Virus record (IMG/VR): IMGVR_UViG_3300016471_000568
Direction: 5' to 3' (one strand)
Length of the DNA: 64,000 nucleotides
DNA from: an uncultured virus (IMG/VR IMGVR_UViG_3300016471_000568)
Taxonomy: Duplodnaviria; Heunggongvirae; Uroviricota; Caudoviricetes
Made by a program: the position numbers and the translations under genes. The notes beneath the pieces were generated by a model. That model saw nothing but the letters and a program-made list of their open reading frames with translations, was not told the origin of the DNA and did no database searches. Below are positions 1 through 8,916 of this stretch, piece by piece; position 1 is the first letter of the stretch; each line of letters begins with the position of its first letter.

Positions 1-15
1 GTAAAAAGAGAGAAC

Positions 16-243
16 ATGACAAAACAAGCAATGATTAAAGCCATTCAACGATTAGAAGCTGAATTGTATTTAGAAGTCAAACAAGCAGAACAACGCTATG
101 GTGTGGAAAATGACATCACAGCACGACGAACAACCCGATGGGCAAGCGTGCACAATGCAATGCAAGCAATGGGCGTTGCATGTGACTTGACACTACCAGA
201 CAATCAGAAAGCCTTAGCCATAAAGATAGAGATGCTTGCATAG
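16..243 (+). CDS. hypothetical protein (75 aa)
   Basis: ORF preceded by purine-rich AAAAGAGAGAAC and followed by a terminator hairpin. Confidence 0.7.
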   Translation: MTKQAMIKAIQRLEAELYLEVKQAEQRYGVENDITARRTTRWASVHNAMQAMGVACDLTLPDNQKALAIKIEMLA

Positions 244-269
244 GCATAGGGGTCATGGGGTGAGATCAT

Positions 270-295
270 GGGGGGGCAATAGCCCCCCTTTTTTT
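270..295 (+). terminator. intrinsic terminator
   Basis: GGGGGGC-AATA-GCCCCCC followed by T7. Confidence 0.75.
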
Positions 296-297
296 GT

Positions 298-377
298 GGG
301 GTAGGGGGGTGGGGTAACGGGGGGTGATTCGGGGGGTGATTAGGGGGGGTGGGGAGGGTTTCGTTAAAGGGGTAGGG
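298..377 (+). other. G-run tract with G-quadruplex potential
   Basis: ten runs of 3-7 G with short spacers in an otherwise AT-rich genome. Confidence 0.75.
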
Positions 378-588
378 CGCCCCCATCTAGATGAGGGTGG
401 TTATATATGTTTTTCTCGCACGGGTAAATTTTTTGCTATATAGGTGCTCTTTATTGAATATGACGGTGTCATACAATCCTAGCCTAGGCCTCCTTAGACT
501 CTTTCTAGTACACATACTTAGTACACGGCTCATATTCCCTTACACCAAGATGAGGCCTCATCGTTTCCAGGTTTTCCGGGAAACCATA

Positions 589-596
589 TATTTATT
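589..596 (+). promoter_or_regulatory. TATTTAT(A/T) late-type promoter box
   Basis: motif recurring just upstream of more than 20 gene starts. Confidence 0.55.
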
Positions 597-622
597 ATTA
601 GTAATATATACAAAAGGATATC

Positions 623-997
623 ATGCAAAGAACATGGCTAACACTTTGGAAACAATATTTAACAGAATCTCGCATTGCTCTCAATGAAGGACCTATAGTT
701 ATTGGAGGATTATTTACGTTAACTCCATCCGATGGCAATGTATACATCAGAAACAACAAAACAAAAAAGCATTATACGTATCAAGTACTTGGAAAATCAA
801 GTTTTGGATATGTAAGAGTCGCCGTAAAGGATTTCCCTAGCAATTCAAGCATAGAAGTACGCGTACCGGTGGTTGGTACCGACACATACAAATTTGACCC
901 AAAGGTATTACTTGGATTATTGAACACAAAATTTGGATCCGATGATATCTACATGACCACAAAAGAAGGATCAAAAATTAAATTTGAACTAGTTTAA
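623..997 (+). CDS. hypothetical protein (124 aa)
   Basis: ORF with AAAGGA RBS and upstream TATTTATT box. Confidence 0.75.
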   Translation: MQRTWLTLWKQYLTESRIALNEGPIVIGGLFTLTPSDGNVYIRNNKTKKHYTYQVLGKSSFGYVRVAVKDFPSNSSIEVRVPVVGTDTYKFDPKVLLGLLNTKFGSDDIYMTTKEGSKIKFELV

Positions 998-1072
998 TTC
1001 CAGTTAAACTGTTTTTGCCCGGCTTCTAGACGGGGACAATCATACTAATACTAACGTACTATATTTATTGAT

Positions 1073-1912
1073 ATGATACAAATGCGCAGCATGCTTTGGG
1101 AAATTACGTTGGGTGGTGTTACTCCGTATGCAACTCAGTTTGTGTGGTATCAACATGGTGAAAATTTTGAAGCAGACATCACAGCAGACGGACAGCCTAT
1201 TCAATTTGTATTTACCAGAGCACATCGCAATGACTGGGTGTTTGCTATGGTTGCTCCAGATCGGGTTGATCCTGGGAAATGGACTGTAAGCCATGACAAA
1301 TCTGCGGCTACTGGACAAGTCAATTATCTTCGTCTTATGCGTACGGCGGCTGATGCTATACGCGATTTTGCCGAAGAGCATCGTCCCGAAGCTATAGATG
1401 TAACCGGATCTGATACTTCCTCTGATGCTAAGGATCTTCAAAAGACTCGTATATACAAGGAGTTACTTGCTGCTAACACTGCGGAGCTTGATGCTATAGG
1501 ATATCGCATGCGTTGGAACATGGGTAAACTGTGGTTGGTACGCAAACAAGACTTTGATGCGACGGGCATACAAGACAAATTGGATATGTCTCAAGTCAAA
1601 ATTAAACGTGCCGTAGTTAACGGATTGTTAGTGTTTATTCCGCATTACAATGGAGAGCGTATGGGAGCATTTAGATTGCGGCCAGTTGCAGGAGGATATC
1701 GCATCAAAGAAACCGTGTTGTATGATCGTTATCGCAGTCAAGGTGTTGGCAAAGCCATGTATCGATACATGATTCGCAAATTGAAAGAACAAGGCGATCG
1801 TTTGTATTCGGATTCTTATCAATCTGCAGAAGCCGCAGGGGTATGGGATGCATTGGTTCGAGATGGTGTTGCAGTAAAATTGCCAGATGGTACGTATGCT
1901 GCGGCAGAATAA
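1073..1912 (+). CDS. two-domain protein with C-terminal GNAT acetyltransferase
   Basis: YRSQGVGKAMY acetyl-CoA binding motif followed by QSAEAAGVWDAL. Confidence 0.7.
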   Translation: MIQMRSMLWEITLGGVTPYATQFVWYQHGENFEADITADGQPIQFVFTRAHRNDWVFAMVAPDRVDPGKWTVSHDKSAATGQVNYLRLMRTAADAIRDFAEEHRPEAIDVTGSDTSSDAKDLQKTRIYKELLAANTAELDAIGYRMRWNMGKLWLVRKQDFDATGIQDKLDMSQVKIKRAVVNGLLVFIPHYNGERMGAFRLRPVAGGYRIKETVLYDRYRSQGVGKAMYRYMIRKLKEQGDRLYSDSYQSAEAAGVWDALVRDGVAVKLPDGTYAAAE

Positions 1913-1949
1913 ACAACTACATGATATTTATTAATAAAATTGGATAACA

Positions 1950-2546
1950 ATGAAATTAAAAACACTTTTAGAGGGATATGCTTGGGAACGTAAACCAGGT
2001 AAAGGATTGCCAACGTTGGCTGAAGTTCAAGCTGAATATGAAAAAAATGAAGCGGCAGATCCGTTAAAGGCCAAGATTGCTAAATTGGAAAAAGAAATTG
2101 CCGACATCAAACATCAATATTATTCAGTGTCCAATTTAAGTCCAGAACGCGAATCACAACTTAGAAAGCAATGGGGTGAAAAAGACCGAGAATTGAAACG
2201 AGCAAAACGAGAAGATAGAACCGGGTCTCCAGGATATAATCCAAATCCAGAACGAAGAAAACCAACATCGCCGAGTTCGAAACCTAAACCAGATTTTTTA
2301 GATCTAGATAAAGATGGCAATAAAGAAGAACCAATGAAATCTGCAGCTCGTAGTATGAATGAAGCTCATGATCATGATAACATATTAAATTTAGTTGAAA
2401 AAGCTGAAGATATGGTGCAAAATCTTCGTAAAAACATGGCTACTAACAGCGTATTGCGACGTGATGAAAAAATGGGATATCTTCGAGCATATGATGAATT
2501 GCTAGACGTATTAAGCGATATAGGCTATCAAGCCGAAATGGATTAA
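1950..2546 (+). CDS. putative internal head protein with DxDxDG loop
   Basis: MKLKTLLE leader, coiled coil, KPDFLDLDKDGNKEEPMK. Confidence 0.6.
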   Translation: MKLKTLLEGYAWERKPGKGLPTLAEVQAEYEKNEAADPLKAKIAKLEKEIADIKHQYYSVSNLSPERESQLRKQWGEKDRELKRAKREDRTGSPGYNPNPERRKPTSPSSKPKPDFLDLDKDGNKEEPMKSAARSMNEAHDHDNILNLVEKAEDMVQNLRKNMATNSVLRRDEKMGYLRAYDELLDVLSDIGYQAEMD

Positions 2547-2586
2547 ACGAGCCTGCTACCTTAGGCAAAACATTGAATCAATGTTG

Positions 2587-2618
2587 AAAGAGTGCGGCAG
2601 AAATGTTGCACTTTTTTT
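2587..2618 (+). terminator. intrinsic terminator, GAAA tetraloop
   Basis: AAAGAGTGCGGCA-GAAA-TGTTGCACTTTTT plus T tract. Confidence 0.8.
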
Positions 2619-2681
2619 ATGTTTGTATATTTATTAATATATTAAATAAAATATAGTTTTTAACTAAAATATGGCTGATAT

Positions 2682-4619
2682 ATGAAATTATTAAAACAAC
2701 TATTATTAGAACAACCAAATAATAAAGACTATGATGTATTATCAAATCCAAAAACACAGTTAAACGTTTTATTTTTAGGTGAGCAATTAAAAAATAACAA
2801 TAGTTTTGCAAAACAACTTTTGAATTCAGGCAAAATTACAGGAAATATAGTATCTAAAGAATTTATTTCAATTGAAACTGCATTGAGACTATTAGAAACA
2901 AATTTAACTAAACAGTTTAATGTAGTTGTCATTATGATTGGAAGTAAAGATTCAAAAGAAAAATCTTCAGCTTCAGCCGAACAAAAATTAGATATGTTAT
3001 ATAAACAAGCTCGTCGATCTGGCGCCAAAGTAGTTGCTGTATCAAATCCTACTAAAAAATTTGCATATGGATATGAAACGAGATTTCCATCGAATGATGC
3101 AATTGCAGCATGGATTGAATCAAATGATTCTGCAGATTATATAGTAAAAGCAAATACAATTACTAGTAATGAAATATTTTTTGAAAAAAACGGAATATCG
3201 TTAAATGAACAAGGACATCTTGTTATTGCAAAAGAATTGTTAGATGTATTACAGGATCTTGGATCGGATATCAATATTGATGATATTGAAAATACTGTTG
3301 CAGGAGATAAAAAAAATAAATTAGATCAAAACGTAAAAAACCCAAGTCAAAGTCAATCAACAATTGTTGATATAAATAAATTACAAACTCGTTTACAATT
3401 TTTAAATTATGATATAGATGATAAAAGTGAAATAACATCAAAAAAAATAGGTCCTGCAACAAAAAAAGCAATACAAGATTTTCAATTAATTAACGGTTTA
3501 GATGTTACGGGTGAGTTAGATATAGCTACTACTCGAGTATTGTACTCTAGTTCAGCCATATCATATAGTTTTTTTACATATACATCTGCATCATTATTTG
3601 GTGTCAAACCGAATCCCGAACAAAAGAAAAAAGATAATGAAACATTGGCGGCACGAGAACCATATGTAACGCCAAGTAAAAACGTTAGTAATTTTTTCAA
3701 TAGCGTCGAATCTTTAGCTAAAAATCAAGAAGCTAAACATGGAATACCTGCAAGTATAACAATGGCTCAAGCAGCATTAGAAAGTGGATGGGGTACATCT
3801 CAATTAGCAACTAAATACAAAAATTATTTTGGAATAAAATGTAGAAGTAATAATTGTGTTAAACTTTTAGCGTCCGATGGCAAAATGGCTAACTGGCAAG
3901 CATATTCCAGTATTGAACAAGGATTTGAAGATCATTCAAAAGTTTTAAAAGCTAATAGATATTCAAAAGCATTTACGTTTCCAATAAGTGATTATAAAAA
4001 TTGGGCGATAGCTATTCAAGATGGAGGTTATGCCGGGGTATCTAGTACTTATGCAAATACACTTATTTCATTAATTGAAAAATATAATTTAGATAAATAT
4101 GTTTCAAGCTCCGGTACAGTTGATGGTTCAATAGAAAAAACGGCAGATTTAGAAGCTTTTGAAAAACTTCCATTTAGTTATAAAGATATATCATCGCAAT
4201 CTACATACCCACGGCGGAATCAAAAATTACCAAATGATGATTATTTTATAGTGCATCATACCGCTGGCCGCGGTACTCCCCAAAGTGTCGTAGGAACTTT
4301 AAATCAAAGAAAATTAGGTATACAATGGGTTGTAGATCGAGAAGGTAATATTTATCAAACATTGCCGCGTGGCGCGCGCGGTGCACACATATTAAATTCT
4401 GATTTAGGTCCGAATAATAGTAATTCTCAAGGCGTAGAAGTTATTGCAAAAAACGATGCCGACATATTACCAATTCAAGCAGTAGCTGTTTTAAAATTAG
4501 TTAAAGCATTAGGATTTTCTCCAAATCAAATATATGGACATGGTCAAGTTAATCCTGGACACAAAGCAGCGACGGAAGGAAAAACTATCGTTGATTATAT
4601 AAAAGCTAATTATGGATAA
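2682..4619 (+). CDS. multidomain peptidoglycan hydrolase: SGNH-like + PG-binding + GH73 glucosaminidase + amidase_2
   Basis: GPATKKAIQDFQLINGLDVTG (PG-binding); AQAALESGWG and NYFGIK (GH73); IVHHTAG, GAH, GVEV, IYGH (Zn amidase). Confidence 0.85.
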   Translation: MKLLKQLLLEQPNNKDYDVLSNPKTQLNVLFLGEQLKNNNSFAKQLLNSGKITGNIVSKEFISIETALRLLETNLTKQFNVVVIMIGSKDSKEKSSASAEQKLDMLYKQARRSGAKVVAVSNPTKKFAYGYETRFPSNDAIAAWIESNDSADYIVKANTITSNEIFFEKNGISLNEQGHLVIAKELLDVLQDLGSDINIDDIENTVAGDKKNKLDQNVKNPSQSQSTIVDINKLQTRLQFLNYDIDDKSEITSKKIGPATKKAIQDFQLINGLDVTGELDIATTRVLYSSSAISYSFFTYTSASLFGVKPNPEQKKKDNETLAAREPYVTPSKNVSNFFNSVESLAKNQEAKHGIPASITMAQAALESGWGTSQLATKYKNYFGIKCRSNNCVKLLASDGKMANWQAYSSIEQGFEDHSKVLKANRYSKAFTFPISDYKNWAIAIQDGGYAGVSSTYANTLISLIEKYNLDKYVSSSGTVDGSIEKTADLEAFEKLPFSYKDISSQSTYPRRNQKLPNDDYFIVHHTAGRGTPQSVVGTLNQRKLGIQWVVDREGNIYQTLPRGARGAHILNSDLGPNNSNSQGVEVIAKNDADILPIQAVAVLKLVKALGFSPNQIYGHGQVNPGHKAATEGKTIVDYIKANYG

Positions 4620-4641
4620 TATTTATATAAAAAAGTAAAAT

Positions 4642-5016
4642 ATGTTTGAAAAATTAATTTCTACGTTAATGACGTCTCGAGATCAAGCTCATATATTTCA
4701 TTGGCAAACAGTTGGCCCAGGTTCATATGCTGCACATAAAGCGTTAGGTAAATATTATGAAGCAGTTCCCGATATGTTGGATGCGTTAGTAGAATCATAT
4801 CAAGGAAAACATGGGATAATAATGGGATATGAACCAGCAGAACGTTTTGATGAATATTCAAAAGATAATGCAATAAAATATTTTAAAGCATTATCTATAT
4901 TTTTAGAACGCGTATATACGAAATTTCCAAAAGAAGATACCAACATTATCAATCAATTGGATGCATTTAAAGATTTAATTTATACAACATTATATAAACT
5001 AGAAAACTTGGAGTAA
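4642..5016 (+). CDS. Dps/ferritin-like protein (DUF5856-like)
   Basis: HIFHWQT...YAAHKALGKYYE...DALVESYQG ferritin/Dps-type pattern. Confidence 0.7.
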   Translation: MFEKLISTLMTSRDQAHIFHWQTVGPGSYAAHKALGKYYEAVPDMLDALVESYQGKHGIIMGYEPAERFDEYSKDNAIKYFKALSIFLERVYTKFPKEDTNIINQLDAFKDLIYTTLYKLENLE

Positions 5017-5017
5017 T

Positions 5018-5584
5018 ATGAATTTATTAAACAATAAAACATACAAACGAATACTTAAAGAAGAATTACATAGAGCTCGACGCATTCTGCGCGAATACAA
5101 CGAAGCTGAAATTTGGAAACGTTTAAGGGTGCAACAGCGAAAAGAATTATTAAGTTCTGTAGACGACGATATGGGTCCGGATTTTGCAGATGAATATGCA
5201 GAAACAGATTGGTTGCAAATTCCAGATGCTGTTACTAATCGCATCGATATATCTCGATATACTGCAGATTATGCAAAAAGTGTTGACAAAAGCGCTTTGA
5301 TGTATGCACGCGGTATTTTTGATATCATATATGATAACAAACGATTTAAAAACACCAAACAACTTCAAGATTTTATAGCAAAAGAAATTAGAACACAATC
5401 TACGGATCAAGATTCCATGAAAATGGCTTTAATGCAATATGCACGAGACAATTCCGCTAAAATGATGGATTTAAATATTAAAACACAGCGTATGGCAGGA
5501 ATTCTACCGGCAGCTGGTAGTGGTTTTAGTGGAGCAACAACTCCTAGCACTAACCCATTTAATTTTGGATGGACAGGAGATTAA
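5018..5584 (+). CDS. hypothetical protein (188 aa)
   Basis: ORF tightly packed in operon; ILKEE/ILRE leader. Confidence 0.75.
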   Translation: MNLLNNKTYKRILKEELHRARRILREYNEAEIWKRLRVQQRKELLSSVDDDMGPDFADEYAETDWLQIPDAVTNRIDISRYTADYAKSVDKSALMYARGIFDIIYDNKRFKNTKQLQDFIAKEIRTQSTDQDSMKMALMQYARDNSAKMMDLNIKTQRMAGILPAAGSGFSGATTPSTNPFNFGWTGD

Positions 5585-5793
5585 TGCAACATAAAACGGA
5601 ATTTTTGGCATTGCATGTTGTTAAAATGCATGGTAAATGTGAAAATACTGAATCCGAATTACGTTTTATTAATAGAAATCATATAATGCAAATTCGACAA
5701 GATGGGGATGATGTGATCATAGAATTATCAGATTATGAAAAATTAAAAATACGCAACGAGAACATTCACGTTTTAATGGATCGTTTTATATAA
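5584..5793 (+). CDS. hypothetical protein
   Basis: TAATG overlap with upstream stop and AGGAG RBS favour the start at 5584. Confidence 0.65.
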   Translation: MQHKTEFLALHVVKMHGKCENTESELRFINRNHIMQIRQDGDDVIIELSDYEKLKIRNENIHVLMDRFI

Positions 5794-5829
5794 CATGATA
5801 TTTATATAAAATAAAAAAAAAAGGTTAAC

Positions 5830-6015
5830 ATGACATCGCAAGAAATTTTTGAGCAAATTGAACAACATTGGTTAGTATTTAAAGAAAATCACGAGCGTTT
5901 TACGGATAAAAAAGTTAAAGCTGCTGGAGTTAGAGCTCGCAAATCAATCAATGAAATTAAAAAGTTAGCAAGTAAGTATCGTTCAACACAATTGGCAGAA
6001 TCCAAATCAGAATAA
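5830..6015 (+). CDS. short histone H1-like (Hc1 family) protein
   Basis: KAAGVRARKSINEIKKLASKYR matches the KAAGxRARK core of short Bacteroidota Hc1-type proteins. Confidence 0.7.
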   Translation: MTSQEIFEQIEQHWLVFKENHERFTDKKVKAAGVRARKSINEIKKLASKYRSTQLAESKSE

Positions 6016-6827
6016 TGCACAAAAAACAAGAAATATTAGTATATCACACGCTTCGAAGTATTATACAGGAGCAAGCTGATTCTTCTGCTCCGGCAGATGA
6101 TAGTAAATCGGCGTCTGCTATTGAAACAGACAATTCTGATATATCTGCAAAAGATTCTCCATTTACGCCTGCAGAAGAACGATTTTTAGGTAAATTTGAT
6201 GCATATGGATCTAATCATTTAGGAATCATATATTCACTTTCAGACATTGGTATTCGCGAATTCATTATGCGAAGCGGTAAAGATTTAAACTGCACTCCAT
6301 CAATTTTATTAAAACTATTACGAGATAAAATTGTTAAAATTGTACCATATACGGGTTGGGGGCGTGACAATTCGTATACAATTGAATTACAATTATCATT
6401 AGATGACGTCAAAGGATTGGGTGCTACTGATAAAGAAAAAGCTGAAAAGGGTTCTACAGCATCTGGAGCTGCTGGCGCTGGCGCCGGTCCGAGTGCTGAA
6501 GTTGCTTGGGTTGTACGATATGGAGATTTGTTATCGGAATCTGCAAACATTGCGCAACAATTTATAGTTAAAAATAAAAATAACAGCATTTATTTGACTG
6601 AATCTTATATATCCAACGAAATTCCAAAGCAATACGTTAAACATATGGAATATTTGATTGCATCAATTGGTGATAAAAAATATTCAACTGCTGAAAATCA
6701 ACATTTAATTTCAAATATTTTAAAAAAGCTTCATGAAAATTTTAAATTAACTAGCAAACAAATTTCCGAATCTTATAAAATGCATAAAAAACAAAAACGT
6801 TACGAAAAATTTGCAAACAAAAAATAA
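6015..6827 (+). CDS. hypothetical protein (270 aa)
   Basis: ORF with TAATG coupling and low-complexity Ala/Gly linker. Confidence 0.75.
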   Translation: MHKKQEILVYHTLRSIIQEQADSSAPADDSKSASAIETDNSDISAKDSPFTPAEERFLGKFDAYGSNHLGIIYSLSDIGIREFIMRSGKDLNCTPSILLKLLRDKIVKIVPYTGWGRDNSYTIELQLSLDDVKGLGATDKEKAEKGSTASGAAGAGAGPSAEVAWVVRYGDLLSESANIAQQFIVKNKNNSIYLTESYISNEIPKQYVKHMEYLIASIGDKKYSTAENQHLISNILKKLHENFKLTSKQISESYKMHKKQKRYEKFANKK

Positions 6828-6830
6828 AAT

Positions 6831-6859
6831 TTGGATAAATCAATCAATTTTATTATATT
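6831..6859 (+). promoter_or_regulatory. sigma70-type promoter TTGGAT-N17-TATATT
   Basis: one of six intergenic copies with exact 17-nt spacing. Confidence 0.6.
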
Positions 6860-6891
6860 AATAGTAAGTTATAAATTTTAAAAACAATAAA

Positions 6892-7101
6892 ATGTCGTAT
6901 TACACAGCAAAAATTCAACTAATTGACATGGTTGATACACCAAAAGGCCCAAAAGAAAAACGAACCACTGAAACTTATTTGGTAGAAGCACTTTCAGTAA
7001 CCGAAGCAGAAGCTAAAGTTGTTGAAGATTTTAAAGGTTACACGTTTGATTTTGAAGTTAAATCAGTTTCTGCAAGTAAAATCATTAAAATTATCAAATA
7101 A
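6892..7101 (+). CDS. DUF4494-like protein
   Basis: EKRTTETYLVEALSVTEAEAKVVE resembles the Bacteroidota DUF4494 motif. Confidence 0.65.
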   Translation: MSYYTAKIQLIDMVDTPKGPKEKRTTETYLVEALSVTEAEAKVVEDFKGYTFDFEVKSVSASKIIKIIK

Positions 7102-7385
7102 TGGCAATTTACAAAGAAGGACAAACCGTTGTTGTTACACAAGATGGTGTGAATCGCGTAGGGGTAATATTGGATCGCTATTTGCTAGGCAACAGCAAGA
7201 TGATCGTGTATGATATTTTGTTAGAAAATCGTTCTGCAATCATCATGATCAATACTAATACAAAAGCTAATACTTACATCAATAAAAATTTAACTGCCAT
7301 GTTGTGTGATACTGGAATTATTCAAACTACAATTCCTTACAAACAATTGGTAGCAGACGATGCATTGCCAATCACTAAATCATAA
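7101..7385 (+). CDS. hypothetical protein (94 aa)
   Basis: ORF with TAATG coupling. Confidence 0.7.
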   Translation: MAIYKEGQTVVVTQDGVNRVGVILDRYLLGNSKMIVYDILLENRSAIIMINTNTKANTYINKNLTAMLCDTGIIQTTIPYKQLVADDALPITKS

Positions 7386-7387
7386 TT

Positions 7388-7672
7388 ATGCAACTTGCAA
7401 GTTTAATCAAACGAGTTCAACAACGATATCCTGGTAGTACGTGTATGCAAATTCATGATGAATATCACGTAATATATGCAGATGAAAGTTTAAATGACGC
7501 GTTTTTACTACCAGGTTTTGAAACAGAACAAGAAGCATGGCAACAAATATCACAATTTGTAAAAATGGAACAAAGCATCAACCGTACACATCCGTTAAAA
7601 CAAATGATATCTGAACAAAAGAAGCGAGAAAGTCAAGAACGAATTGCAAATAGAATACAAAGATATGGATAA
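7388..7672 (+). CDS. hypothetical protein (94 aa)
   Basis: ORF in tightly packed operon. Confidence 0.7.
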   Translation: MQLASLIKRVQQRYPGSTCMQIHDEYHVIYADESLNDAFLLPGFETEQEAWQQISQFVKMEQSINRTHPLKQMISEQKKRESQERIANRIQRYG

Positions 7673-8318
7673 AGAAATTATAACAAATAAAATTTTAAAA
7701 AATTTATCATCTAAAGATGATACATGGAATCAATGGGACTTATTACAGCCAACGGATGCAAATTACATGTTGTATAGTCCAAATGCAGTTGGATACAATA
7801 CTACAGCAGAACATCAATTTTTAATGCAAAATTTATTAGTTGGGTATTCTGCAGATCGTTCTATATTAGACATTGGTTGTGGCCGTACGGATTTAGCAAA
7901 CTTTATTGAAGATTTTTATGAACAATCACCTGTATATACGGGAATTGATCACAATCCCGTAATGTCCGATATTGCAAAGAAAAAATACAAACGAGATATT
8001 ATATTAGGTGCATTTGAAACTACAAAATTAACAAAACATGATTGGGTAATCGCATCAGGAGTATTTACGCAGCGTAGATGCGAAACTGAAAATGATGATT
8101 TAAAAAAACTTTTCAATGATATTGACATATTATATAATTTATGTAATGAAGTTGTATCATTTAATTTATTGAGTCCAATAAATACAAAACATCATGAAGG
8201 ATTTCTTTACATACATCCAGGCATCGTAATTGATTTATTGATTGAAAAATATCAGTATGTTATAACTAGATGTAATTATTCAAAAGATGTATATACCGTA
8301 TTAATTAATAAAATATAA
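7665..8318 (+). CDS. class I SAM-dependent methyltransferase
   Basis: SILDIGCG motif I, YTGID, DWVIASGVF; start placed at first ATG. Confidence 0.8.
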   Translation: MDKEIITNKILKNLSSKDDTWNQWDLLQPTDANYMLYSPNAVGYNTTAEHQFLMQNLLVGYSADRSILDIGCGRTDLANFIEDFYEQSPVYTGIDHNPVMSDIAKKKYKRDIILGAFETTKLTKHDWVIASGVFTQRRCETENDDLKKLFNDIDILYNLCNEVVSFNLLSPINTKHHEGFLYIHPGIVIDLLIEKYQYVITRCNYSKDVYTVLINKI

Positions 8319-8320
8319 AT

Positions 8321-8713
8321 ATGACACACAGCATTAATCAGCCATGGGCAATTTCAGAAAAACACGTTACTAGATATGGAGAAACGTGGGCCAACATGGA
8401 TTTTGAATTTGATTCAAAAATATCTGAAAAAAATTTTAAAACAGAACCAATGGAATGTTTTATTGGACATTTGTTAATTTTCAATCAACGTATTGGTATG
8501 CGATATAAAGATTTAATTGCATACTCAAAAAGTATTGATACGTTAGCTAACAATGTTTATGCCAATAAAGCTAAAAAACAAGATGCGTTTGCAGCTGATA
8601 TCAAAGGTAGAACATTAATGTTACGCAAACATGAAATTGGAAAATTAGCACAAACTTTATCAGATGCGTTGGATTGTGCTATGCGCAAATATGAGTTAGG
8701 TTTATATTTATAG
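8321..8713 (+). CDS. hypothetical protein (130 aa)
   Basis: ORF in operon. Confidence 0.7.
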   Translation: MTHSINQPWAISEKHVTRYGETWANMDFEFDSKISEKNFKTEPMECFIGHLLIFNQRIGMRYKDLIAYSKSIDTLANNVYANKAKKQDAFAADIKGRTLMLRKHEIGKLAQTLSDALDCAMRKYELGLYL

Positions 8714-8724
8714 TAAAAATAATC

Positions 8725-8916
8725 ATGCATCGCGAAGCAACGTTTGTATATTTTTTTAAAACAGATAAAAAACAAGAAACCATTGGTAGTGTTATGGCTT
8801 TTTCAAAAAAAGAAGCTATAACTAAAATAGCAATAATCAAACAGTTGCCAGAAGTTGAAATTGATCGATTATTCATTGTTAAATTAAAACGAGGTAAATA
8901 TGAAAACGATCTTTAA
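8725..8916 (+). CDS. hypothetical protein (63 aa)
   Basis: ORF in operon. Confidence 0.6.
   Translation: MHREATFVYFFKTDKKQETIGSVMAFSKKEAITKIAIIKQLPEVEIDRLFIVKLKRGKYENDL

Noticed and set aside
204..386. Pro-rich minus-strand ORF
   Set aside because: It is a by-product of translating the complement of the G-run tract and overlaps a terminator.
391..687. 98-aa plus-strand ORF
   Set aside because: No RBS, atypical composition, and it overlaps the promoter and start of the better-supported 623 gene.
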